Positions 12,489 to 25,870 of a stretch of 64,000 bases of DNA are shown piece after piece. The stretch spans positions 264,407,971-264,471,970 of the forward strand of contig NC_085843.1 in the NCBI RefSeq assembly GCF_035594765.1, written 5' to 3'. The notes beneath the pieces were generated by a model. That model had not been told where the DNA came from and did not search any database. It was given only the letters and a program-made list of their open reading frames with translations. The translations under genes were made by a program, and so were the position numbers. How positions within the stretch are numbered: position 1 is the first letter of the stretch; each line of letters starts with the position of its first letter. The DNA comes from Anolis carolinensis (taxonomy: Eukaryota).

Positions 12489-13767
12489 ATGGATATCATG
12501 TCACCTTAACATTCTCTTATCTGGGCTAAGCATACCCAACTCTCAATGGCATGATTTCCAAGCTTTTTACCATTTTGGACAAATAAACAAACAAATAATA
12601 CCATTTGTCAGTCTCATAGGTTTTGTTAACTCCCATCAATATGCAGGAATTTTGTTTGCAACTTTCTGCTTTATGTATCCTAGCATATTTTTTATTCCTA
12701 ATCAAAAAGTTTTAAAAGCAGAGGCTTGTCAAATGTTTTTAGAGGAACAATTTAAACTCAAGTTAAATTAAATTTTAACCTTAAACTCCAGCATTTTAAT
12801 CAGAAGCTGATAAAGTGAACATGGTGATTGTACTGAGACCAAGAGATAAAGAATCTCAAGGAAGTTGTTTACTTTTGATCCAGTTCTTCGACCATTGAAC
12901 TTAGTCTTCTGTGTCTAGCTGTTACCTATTTGCTTGTAATTTTCTGGTATATTCTTAGAGGAGAGGGTTGCATACCTCCAGCTGCTTAAAAGACAATAAC
13001 ATTTAGCATAATCTTCAGTTTAGTTTAGTTTCATTAGTGTTGCGTAAAATTCTGGAATTTAAACCAGTGCCTGGCTATACATTAAAACACATTATTGATC
13101 AGGCAAAGCAGGACGAAGAAAGGATTTCAAACATCCTTTATTTTATGTCTTCTAGAACTGAAATCACATCTCTCTGAAAGTAACCTAATCAAAATATCAA
13201 ATAATCAGTGGGGAGAAGTAGAGCGAATACAAATTTCAAGTGTGCTTGACGTCGATGAGAGAGGTCACAGAAGTGAAGAAAAGTTCACCTTGCTGGTGTG
13301 ATCAGTAGGATAGCCTGGCTCATCAAAAGAATTAATTTCCTAGAAGGATCAAAGCAATGTGTTGGAAAGAAAGAGACCAGTTTTCTTTGAGGATTGCAAA
13401 AGTCAGCAAGTTAAAGATGATGTTGCTAAGTGTATGCTACAGGGAAGACAAGCTTTAGACATCTCTTCTACACTTGTTGGGAACAGACCCTGTTCAGAGG
13501 ACTTGACTGTATGCCTGATAATTTTGAAATGTAGTGGGTTTAAAAAAAAATGAAACCACAGCACAGGCATTGTTCTTTTTCTATTTTAAAATAAAAGATG
13601 GAAAGATAATATTGAAATCTAAATGGCAAGCCCTATAAATTCTTTTATAGTTTATAGTTTTAAAGATGTATATAATTTATATATAGCATCTTTGTATGTG
13701 CTGAATTTTAAGAAAAACAATAGTTCTGATTTAAATCCATCCTGACCTAAAAAAGGATGGAGATCCA

Positions 13768-14050
13768 GTTGTTAACTGCCATCATATCAACTTTGACTTA
13801 TAGTGACCCTGTGAATAAGAGACCTCCCAGTTTGCCGGTTAAGAACCACCCTGCACAGGTCTTGAGATTCAGCGCTGTGGCTTACTTGATTCAGTCTATC
13901 AATCTGTTTTCCTATTGCCTTCTACCTTACCAAGCATGTCAGCCTTTTCTATTGAGTTATGGTTTCTCGTAATGTGTCCAAAGTACAACAATCTCCCTTT
14001 AGTCCTCTTGGCTTCTAGGAAGGGTGCTGTGTTGATTTGCCCTAAGACCA
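13768..14050 (-). mobile_element. Degenerate RTE/BovB-like LINE 3' fragment
   Basis: Similar to 25625-25870 and 45256-45510. Minus strand gives the RTE C-terminal L.YFGHI.R...EK..MLGK pattern. Confidence 0.65.
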
Positions 14051-15225
14051 ATTTAATGATCAGTCATGGAATAATGAGACCAGACCCAGAAAGATGGGTT
14101 AAAGAAAGAGCATTTTATTTGACCTACAACTTACTTAATTTGCATTGCACCTGGAAAGGGGAAAGAGGAGGAAGCAACCTGTTGTTGGTCCAGCTGAGGC
14201 CAGATGTCATCCCTTGACAACTTCCTCAGGCTTCCCTGGATGAGGGAAATCCAACAATTTTCCCCTACCTGCTGTTTAATGAAAAGTAAACACAGGGCAC
14301 TTCCACTCAATTACCAGGATTCTATAAATGTGAAACCTCACAAATAGACTCCTTCCCTCATCCCCTCCCCCCACCAGGTCCCAGAAGCTAAAGAGGCCAT
14401 TCCAGGGCTCAGCCTTTCACCTAACATGTGCCAAAATTTCACGTGTCATTCATTGTGGTTTCTCTTTCTTTTTGTCTGTAGATGAGTGTCTTTTTGCAGT
14501 CCACTTTGACAATGTCCTTGGCTTCAGTCCAGAGTTCTGGCTCGCAGCCATTAGGCTTAATAGTGCATTAATTGATTTGTCTCTTGTAGCCTAGGCCTAG
14601 CAATGCTAGGTATTATGTCCCGTAAGGCAGTCAGAATTATAACAAATGATTTCTACTTCTAATAATAGAGAATGCAATATTCCATTGAATCAGACCTTGA
14701 TCAATATTTTCCCACTATTACAAGCGAAAAAGGTTGACTGAGAAAAGAACATAACATCAAAATCTCATGAAGGTAATTTGAAGGCAAATTACAACTATTT
14801 TTGTTTATGTATGATTATATAACAAAGATTTGGGAACTTTTTGAAAAGAATTTTAAAGAAAAGGCAAGATAAGTAATTTTAATTACAGCAAATGTTTCCA
14901 ATCCCTCAGATATAGTTATAAATGTCCAAATTGTCACCTTTTGGCAGGCACTACATTGTCATTGTCTGGAGTCATCACTCCAGATCTGAAGAGTGGGCAA
15001 AAATAATTTTTGTTTCTGGACATTTACAAATTTTATCTGAAGCTCTTGTCAGCTTTGAGATAGTAAAGTCATATTAACATTTTGTAAAACTTTAGAAATG
15101 TAGGCTGCAAGCCAGTCCACGCTTAATTAAGAGTAAGTGCAATGGGGCAAAATAAGATTTACTTCTGAGTATATTGATATAATTAGGGCAAAAAACCACA
15201 CACACACACACACAAAGCGAAAGTC

Positions 15226-15375
15226 AGCATGGTATAGCATTGGACTCTTAGAGACCCGGGCTTGACTCCCTACTTGGCATAGAAACTATTGGGTGACCTT
15301 GGGCAAGTCACGTTCTCTCAGCCCTAGAGGAGTGCAAAGAAACCTTGCCAAGAAAAAACACTGTGATGGGTTTGA
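15226..15375 (+). mobile_element. MIR/CORE-like tRNA-derived SINE
   Basis: Degenerate A/B boxes and the CORE motif GGGTGACCTTGGGCAAGTCAC..TCTCTCAGCC. Confidence 0.65.
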
Positions 15376-18300
15376 GTTAGGCCTCATCTACAATGCCATA
15401 TGCTGCATTATATGATCAGTGTAGACTCATATTTTCATCCAAGGCACTTTTCTTACATTTCTATTGATACGGTATTTTTAATTTCATGTGCTATACAGGC
15501 AAAAAGAATATTTTATTTATATTGAACTAAATGATTTCCAGCAACCTTTTTGTTGAAAAGTCTTCTTTTGTTGGTAGTCTTCTTCCTTCTTCCTGAAAGC
15601 TCCTCAGAAATAGTTTTTGATGTGCAGCCTTAGCATTTTTATTAAGGATTTCAGATTAAATGCATTCCTGATCTTTGATCAGCCACAACTTTCATATTTG
15701 GGGTGGGGGGTTGGTGTTGGGGTAGAAGTGTCATTGCAGACATTAGATGAATAATCCTTGGCAACATCCTTTATATGTAGGGTGGCATCATATTTTGCAC
15801 CACGAGAGTGGATTTTATGAACAGTCATTAAAAGCAATACATATAATGCAGTGGCATCCACTAGTGATTAATAATTCATCTGAAAATCTAAAGGTGATAC
15901 TAATATGATAGAAAATCCCTTTAAAGCTGTTCATTTTCAGATCTATCTTTAATATCATTTTCCCATTTTTAGAAGGCAATTACATAGCACCCAAAGGATA
16001 AAGTGCTCCCCACTTACAAAGACAGATTTCAAAATACAATATGACCCTTGTATTCACAGAACCGATATCCACAACTTCACTTATCCATGATTTCACTTAT
16101 TCACTAATTCAGTTAGAGCCTGAGGTTTGCTATTATCTATGGTTTCATATATCCAAGTTCAGGAACATATCTCTGTGAATATATGGGTTGTTACACACAA
16201 TTTTTCTGTGTAACGTTTCATTTGAGTTGGTAACTGATGGACAGAAGCAAGATGAATCAAGCGGGGTCTTAATTTGCTTCTCTCTCCCATTTTTTTTTAA
16301 AAGTAAGAACATAAGAAGTGGAATGATGGGAGGAAGGGAATGGAGAAATCGGCTGCTCAAAGCTGGCAGAATTTGTTTGCCTTTACTTGCCATTGGCATG
16401 CAATCCTAGAAAAAAGTGAAATCTCTAGCATAGTGCTCTGATAGGATTCTGGCTATAGATTTTTCTTATTCCTAATGATAAACACATAAGGGCAGGACAA
16501 GGTTATCATTTGAACAGAGAAGCAGAATCCCATCTACAAATAATGTCAGTTAATCAGAAGATGGCAGCAAAATCTCATAAATCATGCGTGTGTACAATTT
16601 TTTTAAAATAAAAAAATCCTTCCTCTCAGCTGAGCAATCATATGTGCTCAGAATAAATCCAGACAGAGAATAGATGGTGATGTGGCTTAATGACCACGTT
16701 AGAATGAGGTTGGGATGCCCTTCTTTGAATGTCATCTCAAATAAGCCTCAGCAAAATATTTTCATACCACACCAGAAGGCATTCTTTGTCACTCCTCACA
16801 TTTATAGAACAGCTAATAAGGCTTCAGTCCTGCACATAGTTACATCTTATGCCAAAGCTCAATCCAAAAAAGAATCAAACTGGAATTCCTTTGGGGGAAA
16901 AAATTACTCAGCCAACCACACTCTTAGAATGGGAACAATATCTTAATCCTTAGACTATGAGAAATGGCAACATAATACTATATTGAATTCTGAGAGTTCT
17001 CTTATCTCTTATTTAAAATAAAGGCTTTTTAAATTAGTCATGGCCATACATGTCAACACGTTCTCTAGTGCTATTATATGTGCATCAGTTATCTGATCTT
17101 GCCATGGTGAATTTTTAGATTTGCATCTGCTTGAACTCCCAGGGCCAACGGAAACCCCGTTTTTATCAGGATTTAGCCAGAATGCAGTCCAGTTTAGCCA
17201 GAATGCAGGTGTGAAACTGGAAGTATTTCAAATATTCTTGGACTCCCATCAGCCGAGGAGAACTTGGCCAATGGTCACAGATGACAGACATAGCCAGAAA
17301 CATTTTGAGAGTTACAAATTTGGTGAATGTTTAAAGCTGTATGTGAAGTTAACAAATGCAGCACTAGGGAATTTGAAGAGTAATGTTCCCCCAAAGAGCT
17401 TTTCTAAGTTCTGGATTTATGTGAGGAGGTCAGATGGAATGGGAATCTGAAATGTACTGATAGGATAGATCCAGACTGGATGCAGATTTCCCCATCAGTG
17501 GGGGGATTTCTGCAGGGAGAAGATATTTCAGAGTCTGTGTGATTGTAATTGACTCTGAAATTGGACCAAAACAAACACATAAACACACCCAATAGCTGTT
17601 TAGGAGTTTTCAGTAAAGTTTAACAAACTTCAGTGGAAAGTTATAGACTTTTTACCTGAGAGAACACCTCTCTAGAAATCTTTAGATTTTCTAGGGAGAC
17701 TCTATTATGAACTTCCAGTGACGTTAACACAGTGTTGCACTAGAATATCTTGAGATTTCTAGAGACAGCATATTATCACAAATGATCAAATCCACAAAAG
17801 TAAACCCAGTAAATGTAGGGGGAAGACTGCTAATTATATCACTACATACTTCCTTAAAGAATTTGATGTTCAGTTTTCTTCCATTTCTCTTCTTTAAGAA
17901 GTAGAGATGTGGAGACATAATACGATTCTGTAAAATTTAAGTTTAATCATAAATACATAAGCCTACCATAAGAGGAGGATAAGTTTTAATACACCTACAT
18001 ACAGAAATCTTCCTAAATTTCTTTCCCAGAACTCAAAGACAACTCTTCTTTCTCCTTAATCTCACAGTAATTTACATTATACTGTAGCTTCTATGTTTCT
18101 CCACAGACACTGTGATTATATCAGTCTTAGCTATATGCACATTATTAAAGTATAGTCCTTTCAGGATGTTCTAGAATATTCCAGCTATTATCTAATTACT
18201 GGTGTGACCTGATCTGCTTGTTGGTTCGGCCACTAAAGCAGTCCTTCTCAAGCCATTTAGTATTCCACTTTACTGAAGTAGCAAAATTATAACAGGATGC

Positions 18301-18972
18301 AGTGAGGGATATGAGAAATAGATTGTTCTTTTTGATTATCTTGAGATGGCAAACCTACTCAATGAGGAATTTTTTAATCTCTGTGAGACTTTTCACCTCC
18401 AAAGTAAGAGCAAGGGAAGGAGTGGTTTTTAGGTATGGGGGAAATCTTTGCTATTTCCATAAAATATATCTCCCAAAGATGAGTCTCCTTTCTGTTTGAA
18501 AAGCAAAGTATATAAACAAAGAGCAATTATACAATATAATGACTGGTTTGTTCAAAACAATGAAAATAGGCCATGTGATGTTTCTAATCTCTCAAAATCT
18601 ATGCAGAAGCCATTACAGTTTTGCATAAGATTGTGATGCTTTGTGAAATGGTGCAGTCACATATTTTGTGCAAAAAAAAAATTCTTGTCAATGTGATAAT
18701 GAGAACACCATGAGGCCTTCTTAGAGGAGAAAATAATTGCAAAAAAGAGACAAGAGAAGATTTCCAAGCAGCAAGAGAAGAGTTCTAATGTATGTATGCA
18801 AAGCAGTGAAATGTATATTTGCCCATCCCAGTTTTTGGAGTAAGCCATGCCCACATGTGATATCATATAGTAAGCACACATTTAACAAATTTTATCTGAT
18901 GAGGACTAATGATAATTTTGCAGTCCTAATATATACGTTACACTTGCCTTACTGCCAGCAGAATATTTGAAA

Positions 18973-19078
18973 ATGCAGACAAAATGTCAGGAGAGAATGC
19001 TACTGGAACATGGCCATACAGCCCAGAAAACTCATAGAAACCCAGTGATTCTGGCCATGAAAGCCTTCAACAATACAG
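18973..19078 (+). mobile_element. Penelope (Poseidon-type) terminal-repeat fragment
   Basis: GTCAGGAGAGAATGCTACTGGAACATGGCCATACAGCCC...GAAAGCCTTCAACAATACA, the same family as 40361-40470. Hammerhead core truncated. Confidence 0.8.
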
Positions 19079-19196
19079 TTGAAAAGAAATTGGGGGAAGT
19101 GCATGGTGATAGTATTTCAACCAGTAGTTTGGGAGAATGGAGTATAACTATTGTGGTGTTCCAATAATACTTGGATCTATGCTCCACCTGCTTTCT

Positions 19197-19870
19197 AATC
19201 ATAGAATTGGAAGAGACCATGCGGACCATCCAGTCCTACCCTCTATCATGCAAGAACAACACAATCAAGGTACCCCTGAGAGATGGCCATCCAGCCTCTG
19301 TTTAAAGGCCTCCAAAGAAGGAGCTTCCGCCACATTCTGAGGCAGTGAGTTTCACTGATGAATAGATCTTACAGTTAGGAAGCTCTTTCTTATGTTCAGG
19401 TGAAATCTCCTTTCCTATGACTTCAGCCCATTTCTCTAAGTCCTAGTTTCCAGAGTAGCAGAAAACATATGCTGTTGCTGAACTGGGGCAGAAGCATTTT
19501 AGTATGCTTAAAATTCCTCGTGTGATGAGGTCTAAAGTCTCCATTATATGCTACATTCACAGCATTCCCTGCATCTACTAAGAGATAACATTAGTTCGGC
19601 ATGACCTGTTTTGAGAAATCCATTTTAACTTTTAGCAATCGCAGCATTATTTTCTAAGTGATTACAGACTGCCTCCTTAATGACCTGCTCCAGCATCTTT
19701 CCTGACCAGGGTCTTGAAGAGATATCTTCAAGACTGGTCTTGAAGATAGGGACAACATTTACCTTCCTCCAGTCTGCTGAGATTTCTCCCATTCTCCAAC
19801 AGTTTTCAAACTTTATTGTCAGTGGTTCTGAAATGACTTCTGTTAGTTCCTTCAATACTCTTGGCGGGTC
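19197..19870 (-). mobile_element. Degenerate, internally deleted CR1 LINE
   Basis: AATCATAGAATTGGAAGAGACC tail. Minus-strand LKELTEVISEPL...DWRKVNVVPIFK is the CR1 RT N-terminus. Confidence 0.85.
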
Positions 19871-22309
19871 CCAGAGACTTGAATTTGTTTAGAGTGTCCA
19901 GGTGTTCCTTGACTTCTTCTTTACCTTTAATCTACCTTGTTTTTTGCTAGCTTGTTTCTCTTTTATTTCTTTTCTTCTGCTCTTCCTTTTTTCTTTCTTT
20001 TGGATGATATTGTCTCAGTATCCCCAACGTCTAAGTAACAAAAATGTGGGCAGAGTGATGCAGAGTGATGCATCACTATTAAAAGTCTAAAGCCACTGAA
20101 ATTTTAATAACGACCAGTAATTTGGTTCCTTTGGATGTCTTTGAAGAGAGTTTTGTCTTTCAAATAGCTAGAAGACAAACTGCTCTTGCCTACATTTTAA
20201 TTCCAAATGCACCCAAGGCATTTCTTGGGGAAAACAAACACATTTTCATGCAGTCCTGCTGTGTGATAGTGAGGACCTGACAAGGTGATTTTGGTAGATA
20301 AACATCACAGTGTGCTCGACATCAAAGATTAAAAAGCCAGCTCTTTGACTGAGGGGGGAGGGATTCTAGTGATTTACATAGGAGGCGTATATGCTCCTTT
20401 GCCCCCAGAGATGCTTTTTACAGGAAAGTTAGCACTGGATTATACTGAGCACTTTGCACTGAACTACTGGACCACATTGTTCAGCAAGGTCTACTTCAAG
20501 TTCAGTACAAGAGTACAAGTTTAGCATCCCTTATCTAGACCTCCTAAATCCAAAATGATCTACATGGGTGGCTGAGAAAGTGACATCTTTACTTTTTGAT
20601 GGTTCTGTCTGCATAAACTTTGTTCCTTGCACAAAATTATTTTAAAATATTGCAAAAAATAATCCTCTGGCTGTGTGTATATAAAGAAAGAAAGAAAATT
20701 GTGTTTAGACTTGGGTTCATCTCTGAGCTATTTCATTATGTACTTCTATGTGAATTCTAAAATCTGAAAAACAAACCCCGAAATTCCAAAGCAACCTGAA
20801 CTTCCAACAATATTTTGTAGAGAGTTGTAGCCACTATTTGGGAAGTGGAGGTTGTTTTCTTAGAAATGTTTCACGAATTATCCCTACTTATCCAACTATC
20901 CAAATATCCAAATTCTTATTCGTTCTCTATGAAGAATTTCAAGGGAAATGCATAGGCTATATTTTAGCCTATGGCAGCATTCTGGAGGACTGAGTGTTTT
21001 CTACTGGAAATGTTAATTAATGGGGGTTTGAATGTTTTTATAAAAACAACCAACCAAAAAGAAGTGTCTTTCATCCATAAACCCATTTTCAAATGATGGG
21101 GTGAGTTTGTTTCAGGTGTCATGGAAAAGAGTTTAAAAATAGGGATGCAAAAAGAGAGGGAAAATCAGAAATTCAAGTACTGCAACTGTACAATTTTTAT
21201 TCCATAACAGTATACATTTTTATAATTGTTTTTGTAATTATTCTTGTTGTCTTTGACATTATTTATTATTTTTCTTGCAAATAACTATTCCTGTGTCATT
21301 ATATACTTCTGAGCCTCCACATTAGCTGACTTGTTAACAAACTGTTGGATTGGATTGTTGTCTTTGGGTATACATTATTGCAGCTTTCATTTTGCACTAT
21401 CCAATTTGTTTTGTGCCTTCAGCAAAATTCTATAGGGAAGTCGGCATAAAAATAAATGAAATGAGAATTTAAAATTTGAAAATCCCAACAGCTCAGTTGG
21501 AATGAACCTTCTTCTAAATTCATAGCATTTTATGGCAAGACATATTACATCTTCATCACTGAGTTCAAGCAGTTTTCAGAGTTGTGCAGCGTTGTGATTT
21601 CTGCATATACGGCTTTGGGAAGTATAACATAAAGGCGGTGTTAGACCAGATCCCCCCTTTCCCTTATCACATTGCTATATTTACCACCTTATCACATTGA
21701 GAAATTTCCCAGTCGTGGGACACTTCAGTCTCTTTTCAAGCATGAAGAGGCACTGAGCCCATCATATGAATTAAACTATTTCTGGCCATCAACCTCCGTG
21801 GTTGAAAAGAGGCAGAAGTAGCCTGAAAGGACGGAACTCCAGCAATCGACCCCATTACATTGAGAAATTTCTCCTTGTAGGCTCAGAGCTTGCCACATGT
21901 TCCAGAGTTGAAAAGAGGCAGACACGTCCTGAAAGGGGGGCACTTTGAATACAGCAGTCGTGCTCTTATTGCACTTTACTCCCATGCTTACTACTGAAAA
22001 ACAGGTGGGATGGGAACCATCAAAGTTTCCCATCCTGTTTCATTGCCCAATCATCAGCTGTCTCTTGTATCATATGGAGTTTGATGCAGAACCATAGGAT
22101 CCCATAGAATGAAATGTTTTAACCTGGATCACTGTCACTTATATCCTATGGGGTTTGGGGCAGAACAATAGGATCCCATGGAAAGAAGTGGTTTTAAACT
22201 GGTGTCAGTTGCCTTTAATTGAAGGGGCTTTGTCCTGGGCAAGAGATCTCCTGGATTTTGGATATTTTTTTCCTTGATTTAAAAACAAAAAAAGTAATTG
22301 GCCTCCAAT

Positions 22310-22728
22310 TCTAGCCAGTCTTGGATGACACACACTTCCTTGACCCATTTCAAACTGGCTTCAGAGCAGGATATAGAGTTTAGACTGCTATGGTTGCCTT
22401 AGTGGATGATCTTTGTCTTAACATCGACAGGGGGAGTGTGTCATTGTTGGTGCTTTTAGACCTCTCAGTGGCTTTCGATACCATCAACTATGGTATGCTT
22501 CTGGAATGCCTGGAGGGGCTGGGAATCAGAATCACTGTGTTGCAGTGGTTACGGTCATATCTTTCAGGCAGTTTCCAGATGGTGGCATGTGGGAATAGCT
22601 GCTCCTCAAAAAATGAGCTGTTATGTGGTATCCCACAAGGTGCTATTCTATCCCCAATGATCTTTAATATTTGCACAAAACCACTGGTAGAGGTCATCTG
22701 TAGGCATGGGGCAGGGTGTTATCAGTAA
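22310..22728 (+). mobile_element. L2 LINE reverse-transcriptase fragment
   Basis: LDPFQTGFR...LLVLLDLSVAFDTI...GIPQGAILSPMIFNI. An in-frame stop lies upstream of the annotated Met, and the fragment ends before YADD. Confidence 0.9.
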
Positions 22729-23165
22729 AGCTGACCTTGATGAATGTATTACTAGCCCTTAAGTTTCTACTTGTCAATGTGATGAAGAGGCAGAACTCGA
22801 AATGGGACTGCTGACTATATAGGAGGGGTGATTCTCTACTTTTAAAGGGATGGTCATCCATACTTTCACCCCTCAATGTGTTGAGGTGGTTTGAGGACAA
22901 CGGAGAACAGAGGATGTTTAAAGAATGTCTATTTCCCCATAGCTGGATCCAGATGAGGTCTTGTATGATGCCTTTGAAATTCTGCATCTAGCTAAAGGGA
23001 CAGAGGCAGATGCTTCTCCAAAGTCTACTGTTTCCCACCAAGCACCACATGGTTATGAAGGTGAATGCCAGCGGGAGGCAGGAGTGGCCTTAGGTTTTCT
23101 CAGTATGTAAGCAAACCTAGGGCCATGCCCCCCCCCCCAAATTACACCCCCACCCTAAACTTACC

Positions 23166-23328
23166 AGCGGCGGCAGCAGCAACCATTGGGTCACTTACCA
23201 CAGAATGAGGAAGTAATTGGTATTCTTGAGAGATTTCACAAGATTTCTGCAAGATCTCGCGAGATTTCTGTGAGATCTCACGAGAATACAAAATACTTCC
23301 TTGTTCCTTCCTTGCCGCCACCGCCACT
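23166..23328. repeat. GC-rich imperfect palindrome centred on a TCTCGCGAGA-type 10-11-mer array
   Basis: GAGGAAGTAATTGGTATTCTTGAGAGAT pairs with ATCTCACGAGAATACAAAATACTTCCTT. Perfect TCTCGCGAGA at 23255-23264, flanked by decayed copies. Confidence 0.7.
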
Positions 23329-25624
23329 TCGAGTGCTCCCAGGAAGGGCTGCGCCTGAAGCGGTGGCTTCATGGGCCTCAATGAAGAACCGGGCCTGGCA
23401 GGAGGAAAGTGAATCTTGAGGAGGTTGTGCACAAATCATTGTGCAAAGGAAGTTGTCAGTTGTCCCTCTTCAAGGACCATAACGACACACATGCAGGAAT
23501 AAATTGGACATGTGCCTGTGTATCTCACTAACAGAATACCAGACCATATTTTTCAGTTGTTTACATTTTTTGTAAATGTTTTACTTCTTGGAAAAGCCCT
23601 GTAACTCACAAATCTGGGTCAAAATGAGGAATTCAAATTTTGCAAGCAAGTCTCAGGGGTGTGAAATGTTTCTTTTTAAGTCTGTATAATGAACATTTTT
23701 TTCCATCCTTATTCAGCAATGGCTCTCAGGCACAGAACTCTTGCTATACTCATCCTCACAAGGATCAACATCCAAAAGATGCATTAATGTAACTTGTTCT
23801 TGTGCATGGAATGGATTTTCCAGACAGCATAGCTGGGGATTTCTCAGAGTTTATCTGTTCCAAGTGTTGCTCGACCACTACCCAATTATTGCCAGCAATC
23901 TCAATTAACACTTTAAAAATACTGCTATATTATAGAACCAACAGCTGCTAACTTCATATATTTCTTATTCTTCACAGTGATTCCTGAACTCTGTTGCTTT
24001 ATTTGCTGCATGCCAGCGCAAAGAAATACAATGCCTGTGAGTGAGGAAAAGGTACTTGTGTAATAAATAAGGATGTGATTACATATTTTGACGTTTATGT
24101 GGTTATATTCTGTGAGACTTAAATATTTTGTAAAGATACGTGAGGATCTTTCTACATTGTTCTTGTTATGCAAACTTCCATTCAAGTTCATGTACTGCCC
24201 CTCTGAACAAATCTTTCAAAGAAAACTTCACAATAGGTTTTCTGCAGATGCCATAAATTGGAAATCGCTTGATGGCTCACAACAAGAACAACATATTTTG
24301 AAGTTTATACAATGTTCTGTAAGATATGTATCTTTTAAAAATGTTTTTATTTCACCAACTTCCTTTCAAGTTCACATATTTCTGCTGTACGAATGTGTTT
24401 TCATTAGGTTCCATACTCTTAATCTGTCAGCAAAAAGTATGATGCCAAAAGCTCTCCTTTTCAGTGACTAGTAATCCTTTTGGCAGAGTCAATGATGGAA
24501 TGCTAGGATATTGGACATTTGACATTCTTAGGGATGAAGCAGAGATTTTTCATCAACACGATGCAGCTGCTCCTTTGGATGTAACAAAGCTTTGGAAACC
24601 AGGTATAATGAACACTATTTGCTTAGGACTTGATGTTGGCATAGAATATAGCAGTGTAAGATTGTTTTCCAAACACCTGTTTTCCAAAACAGTTCCCAAA
24701 ACAGAGAAATAATTTTGATACATGTCCCACTTTCAAGTTGTTGAGTGAACAACTTAAGAAATAATGGTATATTTGTTGCTATACTTCTTACTGCAGTCCC
24801 TGAGTAGACTTTAGAAATGAAAGGAAGTACAAATGCCTTCACTTACATCAGGAATGGGCCTCATCTAGCCTTCAAAACCAGGTTTGTGACCCTCCCAGTC
24901 CACAAACAGCAATGTTTGCAGCAAAATGCTAAAAGCCATATTTACATTTTCTGTAGTTGTAACTCTTTGCTGCCAAAATTAGGAGCAAACTAACCTGCTT
25001 CAGGCTTGCTCCTTATTTTACATAGCCGGGGGGGGGGGGGGAGGGGGGGGGGAGAGAGATGGAAGCTGGACCTATAGTGTAACTTGTGGGATGCAATAGT
25101 CCTTGGGCCCACTGACAGTTGCTCATCCCTGACTTCCTGAAAGACATCCCTGAAAGACACATGAAATAATTCTTCTTTCTAATATATGTCACTGGGCACA
25201 TATGGTCCATATGGATCTAAAATAATGGCTGGAACTCTGTTGGTTCATCTCAGTAGAATAGTGTAGACTGATTCCAACCAAATGATATAATAGCTTGACT
25301 CTACTCATTCTTTTGCAAGACTGTTGCAAGTTTTATTCTAAGTATTTATTATTAAGGCCAATGTTAATTATCTTTATATAGAGCTAGACATCTGAGAATG
25401 AATACATGGAAGCATGGTGCTAATGAAGTTGGTAAGCCAAACTTCCTAAAGTAGTTTGGGGTAAACAGAACACAATGCAGGGCAAACTTTCAAGAGATAT
25501 GGGCACAAAGCCCAATGGTCTAGAAGCCCTCTCAATTCCCCAAAAGATAATAAATCATTAACAAACATTTTTTATCCAGCCTTCTTTTTGATGTTATCTG
25601 AGATTAAGTCATCTTTAAGGGAGC

Positions 25625-25870
25625 CCTTGAATGAGAGGTCTCCAACAGCCTCAGTCCTCAACAACCCTGTTCACTAATGTGGGTTTCATCTTTCCCTATC
25701 AGTTTTGTCTTTACTAAATATTGTCATTTTTTAATGAATAATATCTTCTCATTGACATGCCTGAGGTATGATAGCCTCACCTTAGTTATTTTAGTTAATT
25801 CAATCTTGATTTCTTCCAGGGCCCATTTATTTGTTCATGGGATCCATAGAACTCTATTCTTTAACCACAT
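25625..25870 (-). mobile_element. Old RTE-like LINE 3' fragment
   Basis: Collinear similarity to 13768-14050. Confidence 0.5.

Noticed and set aside
25027-25056. Poly-G run as a functional G-quadruplex
   Set aside because: Simple homopolymer like other G/C runs in the window, with no contextual support.
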